In this document: positions 17,274-25,488 of the stretch, piece by piece
Numbering within the stretch: the first letter of the stretch is position 1
Layout of the letters: every line of letters starts with the position of its first letter
Virus record (IMG/VR): IMGVR_UViG_3300031788_000087
Location: 1 to 27,517 of that record
Strand: one strand, 5' to 3'
DNA length: 27,517 nucleotides
Source: a virus
Taxonomy: Duplodnaviria > Caudoviricetes
Translations under genes and position numbers: made by a program
Notes under the pieces: model-generated
The model's input: the letters and a program-made list of their open reading frames with translations, nothing else
The model's database searches: none
What the model was told of the DNA's origin: nothing

Positions 17274-20200
17274 TCAGCAGACAGATCAAGTTACTCCTGA
17301 TGTCTTAAAGAACGTGCCGCAGATTGCACCTACGCCTAAGTTTGATATTCAGAACGCACAGCCTTTGAAGACGCCTCCACAGTTAGCCACAGGTAGATAT
17401 AAGCGTCCCCAGGGGGATTTAGAAGCGGACCGTGGCGGAACTATGCAAAAGGTGGATGATTTGCAGCGCGGACCCATGACCAATAAAATGGTCGAACCTG
17501 ATCTTGCCCATAACAATCCAGATCAACAGGCACTTGGAAGCGTTTTTGCGGGTCTTGGCGTTGTTGACATGATGCGAGGCGTTGAAACAAACAAAGAAAA
17601 ACCTAAACAGACAGGTGATGATTTTAAGAACCTAACAAGTGGCCTTTGGGACAATGCTATGCGCGGTCTGTACGAGCCAAACAGCGTTGACACCACAAGC
17701 CAGTTTATTATGAAGAATCCCCATATCTTCGGTAAAACCAATTACCAGACCGCTGCAGTATGGGGAACCCTGGCAGAATTTACCGCTACAATGGCAGTTA
17801 ACCCCTTAGGCGCATTACCGGAGGCTTTTGAATCAATGAGCAAGGCCGGGCAAGACAGGATGCTATTCAATAAGATCACGCAATCCCCACAGTACGGGGA
17901 TAATATCATGGCTATGGCAGAGCATAGCGGCAGGCCATGGCAGTCCGTACATTCCCAAGGTCAGAGAGAACTTTGGAACATTATAAACAAAGGAAATTAT
18001 TTTAACAATTTAAAGGCAAATTTGGAACTGCATCAGCCTTTTAGATTGCAAGGCCTGACAACGGAAGACGTTGGAGAATCCCTGCCATTTCCCAAAGAAG
18101 ACCCCGCTTTCGGCCTAAAACCCACAGTTCTTGTCAAAGGTAAGGAACCATCCATAGGCATTGACCATGAGGATGCTTTGGAGAAGATGGGAATGAGTAA
18201 GGATAAGGCAGTTGAGGGAAAGGACTTTCAGGCTGGATTTACTACCCCAACAGGTGAGTTTATTACCCGTGAAGGTTCAAAATTACCTCCATATAACCTT
18301 CCTAATGGTCATTCAGAGGACATACCGGAAGAAAAAAGAAAACAAGCCATAGAAGGGCCACAGAACTTTAAGACGGCAGAAGAATACGTTAAGTCAAAAG
18401 GTGATGTGATTTACCACGGAAGTGGCACTAAATTTGATAAATTTGATGATGGCATGAGAGGTTCTATCACAGGAGCAAAGAGCGCAAAGGGAGCAATATG
18501 GTTTACAGACAATCAAAGGGTTGCAAAAGCATACTCCATCTTTGCCGCAGAAACAGGGCCAGTTAAAGCATTGCTTGATAAAGCAGATGTCGCTGAAAAG
18601 ATAGCTCAAAAAAGTGGTAAGCAAAGCGATTGGGATAAGCACGATGATTTATTGCGTCAAGCAGAAGAAATGGACACTTACGATAAATCTAATTATCGTC
18701 GTGAATTATCTGATGTAAAAGAGGCTGTATTAAATAAAGATTTGGATATGTTCACAGTTGACGCAAAAGGAAAAACTCCACAAGAGTTATCAGATGAAGG
18801 AGATATTGATTCATGGCTCAACGAACAAATTAAAGAAGCAAAAAAACAAGGGAAAGACGGTCTGATAATTAAAAATCTTGACGATGCAGTAGGTCTTACC
18901 AATGCCCCAGCTACTCATTACGCAGTATTCAAAAGCGAAGGAATAAAATTAAAATCTGAATTGATGAAAGAATGGGAAGAAGCTAATCGCCTAAAGGCTG
19001 TTCACTCTGCTTTGTTAGCCCCTTACGAAGTCCCATCACCCGTAAGCCCTTCAAGCCTTTTAAAGAAACGATACGACTACCTGAACGGTCAGGCAGATGC
19101 AATAAGGGGGGAACATGAAGCCTTACGCAAACAGATTGAACAGGACAAGAAGCGTGGATTCTCTACCGGACGACTGGAACAAAAACTTGATAAGGTCGGT
19201 CAGAAGTATGTCCAAATTCATAATCAAATTGTTGAACTTAACCTCGGAAAAGTTAGGGTCAATGAAATCAAAGAAGAAGTAGGACAGGCCAAAATTGAGG
19301 ACATCATTAAAGACGTACAGGATGCCCAAGAAAAGGCTAACGCCGAAGGTTTCAAGAAAGGAATTGCCATTGGCAAAGAAAAAGGCCGGATAGAAGAAGT
19401 CCAAAGGAAATCCGCTTTAGAAGTGTACGCCAATTACAAACAAAAAGCCGTTGAAGAAATGAACAAGATCGCCGCAACCCTACAACGTATTAAGGACAGT
19501 ACAGAGGGCTTGCCGATTGAATACAAAGAGCAACTGGATAACATTTTAAAGAATTTTGACTTACGCAAGCGCACGGGCAAGACCATAGCAGAGCGTGAAA
19601 GCCTTCGTAAGTTCATTGAGAAGTCCAGAGCCAACGGAGATGAAATTAAAATACCACAAGATGTCTTAGATGCCGCTTACCAGACCCCTTTAAATGACCT
19701 TACCTTAACTCAATTAAGGGATTTGAATAACATGGTGGGACAGATTTACCGCATGGGACGATTAAAGGATAAGCTAATAGAAGCTAAAGGTCTTCGTGAT
19801 TTAAAATCCGTGGTTGATGAAGCTGTCAAGAATATCACGGGTGGAAAAGGAATAACCCTTGTCAATAAATTCCATGAAGATTTAAAGAAGAATGACCCAG
19901 GAATATTTAAAGCAATGGCAGAGGCGGCCAAGAAGCACGGATCTAATCCTCGGGAATATTTAATCTCAAACCTTATGCCCGAAGTCCAGATATTGTTTTT
20001 GGACAATCTTGATAACGGAGGGATTTTATACAATAAACTATTTCAACCTCTGCATGAGGCCACAAACACCTCGATGGATAATATCGACAAGGCCAACAAA
20101 GCCACAAACGATATTTTCAATTACAAGAAACCGTCAGACTTTAATAAGACCATTCCTTTGGGAAATAGCAAGATACGAATTGACGATGCAATGTGGGTGT

Positions 20201-21786
20201 ATGCCAACTCCGCTAATGATGTTCAACGCGCTCACGCACAGGCCACGGGCGTTTCTGACAAAGACTTTGAAGAAGTAGAAAAGAATTTGTCCGAAGAAGA
20301 CAAGATGGCTGTCAGGAAACTTTGGCAGTATTACAATGAACGCTTTAAAGAATTGGCAGATTTAAGGTATGAACTGGAAGGGGTCGTAACCAAACAAGAA
20401 GATAATTATTTCCCGATACAAAATCTTGAAGACGTTTCGCCAGAGGATGACATGCTTTGGGAGAACACCTTAAGAAGTGATTACCGTAAGGGTTCCATTG
20501 ACAAGGGAATGTTAAAGACCCGCACAGGGGGAAACAAGGCTTTTAAGAAATGGAACTTCTTTGGAACTATCGGGCGCAACATTGACAAGGTAGAGCATTA
20601 TATAGCGTTTGCCAAAGCGATCAGGAACGCAAACAAGATTGTCAATCATCCAGACCTAAAGGCCGCAATCGTCAACCACAAAGACTTTGGAGAATTTTAT
20701 TACAACAGTTTAAGGAAATGGGTTAGCGATACCGCGCGAGGTAAATTTCTTTATGAAACAGATTGGTTTTCAAGGTTGGGCCGCGGGACCCGCATGAACC
20801 TTACATCTGCTTTCTTAGGTTTGAATCCTTCACCGGCCCTAAAGCAATGGACTGGGTTATTCTACGGGGCAGAAATGGCCGGAAAGAGTGCTACGCTAAA
20901 GATGCTTCCCAAGATGTTATTGAACTATAAAAAAATGTCTGCACAAATAGACGCTGAATCTTCAATGATGCGTCATGCTAGTTTACGTCAACAAAGAGAA
21001 CTTGAAGAAATGTTCTCTGATAGGGGATTCTTTGAGAGGACAGGGTCATTAACCGCATATCATAAGTTTCAAGCAGGGATGATGTTCTTAACCCAACAGT
21101 CTGATTTAATCATACGTCGTGCTGTTTACCTTGGAACGCAACAGGCATTAAAAGATCAAGGGATCACGGATAAAAAACATTTAATCAATGAAGCGGAGAG
21201 AGTCGTGCGTCGTACTCAACCTATGGGCGGGATAACCTATTTGCCGGATATATTCAGGGGTGGTGAAGGCGCAAGGCAGATAACTTTCTTACGTGGTCAC
21301 GTTAATAAACTTTGGAATGTTCAGACTGAAATGGTTGCAAAAATGGCTAATGGTAAGATGCGAATGGCTCAAGTTTTCTCACAGATTATTATGAACAACA
21401 TATTGCCTATGTTATGGCTTGCGGCCGTTACCGGAACGGGGATATTCGCAGTTAAGAAATCAAAAGAAGAAGGTGGGTTTTTAGGGATGGAAGTATCTCA
21501 AATGGTAACTGGTATTCCATTAGTGGAAGACGTTATCAATGACATTAGGTCTGGTCGTAAAGATACCAACATACCAATGTTCGAGTATATACAGATGGCT
21601 TTGGATGCGGTTAATGCGAAGAACACCAAGAAACACCCTGGGCAGAAATTAAAGAAAACTTTGGAGTTTGCAGGGGCGGCTACAGGGTTGCCTGTTGTGG
21701 GCGCAGAGAAATTAACAGGATGGGGAAAGAATGACGAAGAACATTATAAAAAGACTAATCAAGGGAATGACGATATTTACCGATAA
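17266..21786 (+). CDS. Large internal virion/ejection (polyvalent) protein with ART-PolyVal-like domain; start likely GTG 17266
   Basis: GGAG at 17253-17256 precedes in-frame GTG 17266; YHGS..FDKFD...GAIWFTD...AKAYS...DGLII..LDD...HYAVF module; C-terminal AFLGLNP..ALKQ, AERVVRRTQP and hydrophobic segment typical of ejection proteins. Confidence 0.8.
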   Translation: MDNQQTDQVTPDVLKNVPQIAPTPKFDIQNAQPLKTPPQLATGRYKRPQGDLEADRGGTMQKVDDLQRGPMTNKMVEPDLAHNNPDQQALGSVFAGLGVVDMMRGVETNKEKPKQTGDDFKNLTSGLWDNAMRGLYEPNSVDTTSQFIMKNPHIFGKTNYQTAAVWGTLAEFTATMAVNPLGALPEAFESMSKAGQDRMLFNKITQSPQYGDNIMAMAEHSGRPWQSVHSQGQRELWNIINKGNYFNNLKANLELHQPFRLQGLTTEDVGESLPFPKEDPAFGLKPTVLVKGKEPSIGIDHEDALEKMGMSKDKAVEGKDFQAGFTTPTGEFITREGSKLPPYNLPNGHSEDIPEEKRKQAIEGPQNFKTAEEYVKSKGDVIYHGSGTKFDKFDDGMRGSITGAKSAKGAIWFTDNQRVAKAYSIFAAETGPVKALLDKADVAEKIAQKSGKQSDWDKHDDLLRQAEEMDTYDKSNYRRELSDVKEAVLNKDLDMFTVDAKGKTPQELSDEGDIDSWLNEQIKEAKKQGKDGLIIKNLDDAVGLTNAPATHYAVFKSEGIKLKSELMKEWEEANRLKAVHSALLAPYEVPSPVSPSSLLKKRYDYLNGQADAIRGEHEALRKQIEQDKKRGFSTGRLEQKLDKVGQKYVQIHNQIVELNLGKVRVNEIKEEVGQAKIEDIIKDVQDAQEKANAEGFKKGIAIGKEKGRIEEVQRKSALEVYANYKQKAVEEMNKIAATLQRIKDSTEGLPIEYKEQLDNILKNFDLRKRTGKTIAERESLRKFIEKSRANGDEIKIPQDVLDAAYQTPLNDLTLTQLRDLNNMVGQIYRMGRLKDKLIEAKGLRDLKSVVDEAVKNITGGKGITLVNKFHEDLKKNDPGIFKAMAEAAKKHGSNPREYLISNLMPEVQILFLDNLDNGGILYNKLFQPLHEATNTSMDNIDKANKATNDIFNYKKPSDFNKTIPLGNSKIRIDDAMWVYANSANDVQRAHAQATGVSDKDFEEVEKNLSEEDKMAVRKLWQYYNERFKELADLRYELEGVVTKQEDNYFPIQNLEDVSPEDDMLWENTLRSDYRKGSIDKGMLKTRTGGNKAFKKWNFFGTIGRNIDKVEHYIAFAKAIRNANKIVNHPDLKAAIVNHKDFGEFYYNSLRKWVSDTARGKFLYETDWFSRLGRGTRMNLTSAFLGLNPSPALKQWTGLFYGAEMAGKSATLKMLPKMLLNYKKMSAQIDAESSMMRHASLRQQRELEEMFSDRGFFERTGSLTAYHKFQAGMMFLTQQSDLIIRRAVYLGTQQALKDQGITDKKHLINEAERVVRRTQPMGGITYLPDIFRGGEGARQITFLRGHVNKLWNVQTEMVAKMANGKMRMAQVFSQIIMNNILPMLWLAAVTGTGIFAVKKSKEEGGFLGMEVSQMVTGIPLVEDVINDIRSGRKDTNIPMFEYIQMALDAVNAKNTKKHPGQKLKKTLEFAGAATGLPVVGAEKLTGWGKNDEEHYKKTNQGNDDIYR

Positions 21787-21887
21787 ATAAATCCTGTAAG
21801 GAAATGTGGTTCAGTGAGGCATTTATATACAAACACTGCGAGGACAAAGTAGGTAATAATAGTATAAAATTTCAATGCGAATCCCAT
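21777..21887 (-). CDS. Antisense small membrane protein (36 aa, MGFALKFYTIITYFVLAVFVYKCLTEPHFLTGFIYR), probably leaderless
   Basis: Manual translation; one TM segment; ATG sits 7 nt downstream of a predicted -10 box; stop overlaps the end of the convergent large gene. Confidence 0.5.
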   Translation of the reverse strand: MGFALKFYTIITYFVLAVFVYKCLTEPHFLTGFIYR

Positions 21888-21893
21888 ATATGA

Positions 21894-21922
21894 AGGTTAC
21901 CACGAAACAAAATAAAATGCAA
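21894..21922 (-). promoter_or_regulatory. Sigma70-type promoter on the minus strand with extended -10
   Basis: TTGCAT (21922-21917), 17 bp ending in TGG, TAACCT (21899-21894), 6 nt, then ATG (21887). Confidence 0.55.
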
Positions 21923-22047
21923 TGAGCAATACAAATGTCCATAAATTACGTATAATAAAGAAAATCAAGTACGTCAGGAAGAAGAAGGCGACAAGGAATA
22001 ACTTGAACGTCGAACTAAAGAAGATGATAACGGAGGCGTATGCTTAA
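21922..22047 (+). CDS. Small basic protein (41 aa, MSNTNVHKLRIIKKIKYVRKKKATRNNLNVELKKMITEAYA)
   Basis: Manual translation; 8-nt overlap with the next gene, but no clear RBS. Confidence 0.35.
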   Translation: MSNTNVHKLRIIKKIKYVRKKKATRNNLNVELKKMITEAYA

Positions 22048-22477
22048 TATTGACATCAAGACGATACCTGAATCAGAACATCGTTATTGCACTCTTGGGG
22101 ACTATTGGGACGATGACAAAGGAACGCACATAAGGGTCAAGCGACTTGAAAGCGAAGATTCCGAGTTCTTGGTGGCTTTGCATGAGCTTGTAGAACAGTA
22201 CCTTTTAAAGAAATTTGGAATTAAAGAACCGGATGTTATGGCCTTTGATATTATGTTTGAAAAAGAACGGGCAGATGGAAAGTGGGATCAAGACGCAGAG
22301 CCAGGTGATGATCCCCGCGCTCCATATCGCAATCAGCATTTTATGGCCGAGGTTATTGAAAGAATGATGTCAGTATTTATCGGTGTTGATTGGAAACAGC
22401 ATTGCGAATTTCAACAGTACGAGCCAAAGGTGTTAAATGGCATGGAAGAAGAAGTATATGGTAATAAAAAAAATTAG
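22040..22477 (+). CDS. Phage protein with HExxE putative metal-binding (zincin-like) motif
   Basis: GGAGG RBS; RYCTLGDYW, LVALHELVEQYL, EPGDDPRAPYRNQHFMAE. Confidence 0.65.
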   Translation: MLNIDIKTIPESEHRYCTLGDYWDDDKGTHIRVKRLESEDSEFLVALHELVEQYLLKKFGIKEPDVMAFDIMFEKERADGKWDQDAEPGDDPRAPYRNQHFMAEVIERMMSVFIGVDWKQHCEFQQYEPKVLNGMEEEVYGNKKN

Positions 22478-22571
22478 CATGTTATGTATCATTGGGATGC
22501 ACGAATGGATATTAATTGATCCTTTTAATTCTCATGGTTGGATTTGTAAAAAATGCGGAAAGACAAAATGA
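22458..22571 (+). CDS. Small zinc-finger-like protein (37 aa, MVIKKISMLCIIGMHEWILIDPFNSHGWICKKCGKTK)
   Basis: Manual translation; C-x4-H...CxxCG pattern (DUF1660-like); ATGA coupling to the next ORF. Confidence 0.6.
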   Translation: MVIKKISMLCIIGMHEWILIDPFNSHGWICKKCGKTK

Positions 22572-22681
22572 AAATAGATTTTGGAAATATAATATTACTT
22601 TTAATTTCTGGGCTTCTTATTGTTTCTTTTATAGGAATGTATTGGCAAACGCTTGTTCTAACAAGTGGGAGATGGTTCTAA
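22568..22681 (+). CDS. Small single-TM protein (37 aa, MKIDFGNIILLLISGLLIVSFIGMYWQTLVLTSGRWF)
   Basis: Manual translation; ATGA and TAATG couplings on either side. Confidence 0.55.
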   Translation: MKIDFGNIILLLISGLLIVSFIGMYWQTLVLTSGRWF

Positions 22682-23925
22682 TGAAAATATTAGCCATTGA
22701 TAACGGTTTATATGTTCCTCAAATAGAGGCCCTCTCCGATGGTGGAAAAAATGAAGTTATTTATTATTCTCCTTGGGGTAAGCCGTTTCCCTCAATCGAA
22801 GATAAGATGAAGGGATATGGTTATGGAAATATTAAGAAAGACCTTTGGTTTTTTAATCACGTTCTTAGCTCTGATTGTATTTGCAACTTTGACGTATCTA
22901 ACAATGATCTTATTGCTTATCTTCGGGAGGCTCATCCCGAGAAGTCTGTATTCGGCGCAGGTAGAGGGGAAAAGTTGGAGCATGATCGGGTATTTCTTAA
23001 ACAATGGCTAGAGCATTATAATCTTCCCGTTGGCCCGTATAAGGTTTTAAAAGGCATCACAAATCTTTCTAATTACTTAAAGAAGAATCCTGGTAAGTAT
23101 GTGAAGACAAATATTTTTAGGGATGATACCGAGAGCTTCTTTTTTACATCTTGGGAAGATGACGAAGAAATTATAAATGAACGCGCGGTCACATTGGGTA
23201 TATTTAAAGAAACAGAAGTCTTTGTCGTGGAAGACCCTATTGAGGCCGCTTGTCAGTCCGGCGTTGACATGTTCTTTGGAAATGGGAATTTCATCCCTTT
23301 TTCTTGGGGTTTTGAGATTTCAAAGAATCTTTGTATAAACAAGGTGGCTCTTGATCTGGATGAGTACCCAGAGTGCTTACGTAACAACTTTGAACCGTTG
23401 GCCCCGCTAATGAAGCGTATGGATTACAGGGGGGCTGTAAGCACAGAGGACAGAGTGGTATCAAAAGATGAGTCGTATCTTATTGATTTCACAGCGCGTC
23501 TTCCCGCACCAATGGGACAAATGTATCCGGTATTTATTAATAATTGGTCAGAACTAATATATAAAATAGGTAAAAATGAAGACGTAGAGGTCGAATGTGA
23601 TTACAATTATATTGGAAGCTTTGCTTTGTCTTCTGAACATGCTCTAACGCATAACTTGAAGATGAAGGTTGATCCCAAAGATTATGACAAGGTAAGGTTT
23701 CAAATGGTAGGCCAAGACAAAGATAAAGTCTATTCTATAAAAGGAAACTCGGTCGTTTGTTGTTTGGTGGCCGGTGGAAAAACTCCGCAAGAGGTTTTAA
23801 AGAAACTTAAAGAAGCTTCAAAGTGTGTCGATGCCTTCTCACTGGATAAAGACCCAGTGGAAGCAATAGAAAAACAATTTGAGGATGCTTTAAAGGGTTT
23901 AAACAAAGTTGGTATTAAATTCTAA
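22681..23925 (+). CDS. ATP-grasp ligase, divergent PurD (GAR synthetase)-like; start moved to ATG 22681
   Basis: MKILAID Rossmann-like start, VFGAGRGEKLEHDRVFLKQWL..YNLPVGPY, KYVKT, FVVEDPI, DYRGAV, YLIDFTARLPAP; GGGAG RBS. Confidence 0.75.
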   Translation: MKILAIDNGLYVPQIEALSDGGKNEVIYYSPWGKPFPSIEDKMKGYGYGNIKKDLWFFNHVLSSDCICNFDVSNNDLIAYLREAHPEKSVFGAGRGEKLEHDRVFLKQWLEHYNLPVGPYKVLKGITNLSNYLKKNPGKYVKTNIFRDDTESFFFTSWEDDEEIINERAVTLGIFKETEVFVVEDPIEAACQSGVDMFFGNGNFIPFSWGFEISKNLCINKVALDLDEYPECLRNNFEPLAPLMKRMDYRGAVSTEDRVVSKDESYLIDFTARLPAPMGQMYPVFINNWSELIYKIGKNEDVEVECDYNYIGSFALSSEHALTHNLKMKVDPKDYDKVRFQMVGQDKDKVYSIKGNSVVCCLVAGGKTPQEVLKKLKEASKCVDAFSLDKDPVEAIEKQFEDALKGLNKVGIKF

Positions 23926-23939
23926 ACAAGGGGGATCAC

Positions 23940-24323
23940 ATGAAGAAATTATTACTTATTTTAGGTTTTTTAATGTTGTGCGGTAGGGCATGGGCTTTGC
24001 CGGACAATGTTATTTCACAAGAGTATAACACAGACGTCCAAGTTAAAGCGTCCAGCGGATATGTATACAATGCGGTTATAACATTCAAAGGCGGGTCCGC
24101 AGGTGATGAGGCATGGCTATGGGATGCTACGTCAGCACAAACATTGGCACAAGGTCAAACAGTTGGCTCTAACGTTGGTTCTGCTCGATGTCATATAGTT
24201 GCAAATGGAGCTAATTTTACAGGAGTTTGTGGCCCTTACACAACGACAAATCTTTTCACAACGGCAATTTATTTTGGGTACAGGAGTACAGGGGTAGTAA
24301 CCGCAGACATTCAATGGCAATAA
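23940..24323 (+). CDS. Signal-peptide-bearing small beta-sandwich putative virion protein
   Basis: MKKLLLILGFLMLCGRAWA|L; VQVKASSGYVY...LWDATSA...FTTAIY pattern; two Cys in the mature part; AAGGGGGA RBS. Confidence 0.65.
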   Translation: MKKLLLILGFLMLCGRAWALPDNVISQEYNTDVQVKASSGYVYNAVITFKGGSAGDEAWLWDATSAQTLAQGQTVGSNVGSARCHIVANGANFTGVCGPYTTTNLFTTAIYFGYRSTGVVTADIQWQ

Positions 24324-24340
24324 TAAAAAAGGAGAATCAC

Positions 24341-24718
24341 ATGGCACAAGATACCATCAACACAACCGAAGAACGTTTGGCAGAAATGAATAAAATAAAG
24401 TCGGATAATGAAAAAATACTGAAAGACATCGACGCCGCAACAAGTGCATTGAGAATTAAAAAAGGTGAGTTTGATACTTACCTCCAAGAGCAAACCTCAA
24501 AACTAAATACCTTAAAAAATAAGGTAGCCTTAGAATCAGAGAATCATCAAGCGAGCGCAGAGAATATCGCTATCTTACAAGAGATTCATAATCAACGAGA
24601 TATTTTAGCCAAAGAAATTGAAGGACATCAAGACGAACTCGCAGCCGTACAAGCTGAGATCGTAAAGGCTAAAGACGAACTCGCAGCCGTACAAGCTGAA
24701 AAAGAAAAACAAGTTTAA
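24341..24718 (+). CDS. Coiled-coil protein (start moved to ATG 24341)
   Basis: AAGGAG RBS before 24341; heptad pattern. Confidence 0.7.
   Translation: MAQDTINTTEERLAEMNKIKSDNEKILKDIDAATSALRIKKGEFDTYLQEQTSKLNTLKNKVALESENHQASAENIAILQEIHNQRDILAKEIEGHQDELAAVQAEIVKAKDELAAVQAEKEKQV
24630..24699 (+). repeat. Exact 28-bp direct repeat, 42-bp period (DELAAVQAE twice)
   Basis: AAGACGAACTCGCAGCCGTACAAGCTGA at 24630-24657 and 24672-24699. Confidence 0.9.
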
Positions 24719-24742
24719 ATTATTTAAGGAGGACTTAATATC

Positions 24743-25171
24743 ATGGAACAATTACTTTTAGACCTTCATTCATGTTTAGATAAGGCAAGGTCACTTATCA
24801 AAGAGTATGAAGGGAAGTTGCGGTCAATCAATGAGCGCGAGACATTATCAGAAAAGAAGGAATATGAATTAAAAGAAAGACATAAAAGTATTGAATCTCG
24901 TGAGGCTGAATGTCAGAAGGTGGAGAGGGTAGTCGATCTTCATAAAGAGGCTAATGAATTACACGCATCCGCTAATCTTAGGATTCAGGCAGCGGCACAG
25001 GCTGAAAAAGATTTAAAGATGCACACAGACATAGCTAATCAACAGATAGACGAGAAGAGAAAGTTGATGGAGAGAGAGTCAGAGAATAATCAAAAAAGAT
25101 CAAAGTCCCTTGATGATGAAGTTTCTAAAAGGGTAAGAGAAATTTGCGAAAAGAATGGGATTAAAATATGA
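24743..25171 (+). CDS. Coiled-coil protein (142 aa)
   Basis: AAGGAGGA RBS; E/K/R-rich helical sequence. Confidence 0.7.
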   Translation: MEQLLLDLHSCLDKARSLIKEYEGKLRSINERETLSEKKEYELKERHKSIESREAECQKVERVVDLHKEANELHASANLRIQAAAQAEKDLKMHTDIANQQIDEKRKLMERESENNQKRSKSLDDEVSKRVREICEKNGIKI

Positions 25172-25488
25172 GTTTAGTTAGCCCATTACGCAGTACGATT
25201 TATGGCAAAGGTAGCGAGTATTATGAAGTCCATGATGAATGGGACTCAAGCGTTACCGGAGGAACTGACGCCTACTCAAATTCTATTCCAGCATTTTCTG
25301 GTGGATATGAGTATTTTGGTTATGTGAATATTAGTGGAAAATGGATAATTCAGCGTCATCAAATATCAACAGGACAATATCTCTATGTTAATGGCCCAAG
25401 CTCATATAGAACAAGTTGGCTTTTGGCAATTGCCGCAAGCCTTACGGGTTGGACTACTTTGGACAATATTTTCAATACTGTTCCTTAG
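25168..25488 (+). CDS. Hypothetical tail-associated protein (106 aa)
   Basis: ATGA coupling; YEYFGYV..GKWIIQR...Y..SW aromatic pattern; immediately before the fibre gene. Confidence 0.6.
   Translation: MSLVSPLRSTIYGKGSEYYEVHDEWDSSVTGGTDAYSNSIPAFSGGYEYFGYVNISGKWIIQRHQISTGQYLYVNGPSSYRTSWLLAIAASLTGWTTLDNIFNTVP

Noticed and set aside
22516-22680. N-terminal extension of the ATP-grasp ORF given in the ORF track
   Set aside because: The region is better explained by two coupled small ORFs; ATG 22681 has an RBS and gives a typical MKILAID start.
1099-24493. Numerous minus-strand and alternate-frame ORFs in the track
   Set aside because: They lie within well-supported + strand genes, lack recognisable motifs and look like shadow ORFs.
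24630-24699. Direct repeats as a mini-CRISPR array
   Set aside because: Only two copies with a 14-bp gap, in frame within a coiled-coil CDS; no cas genes.
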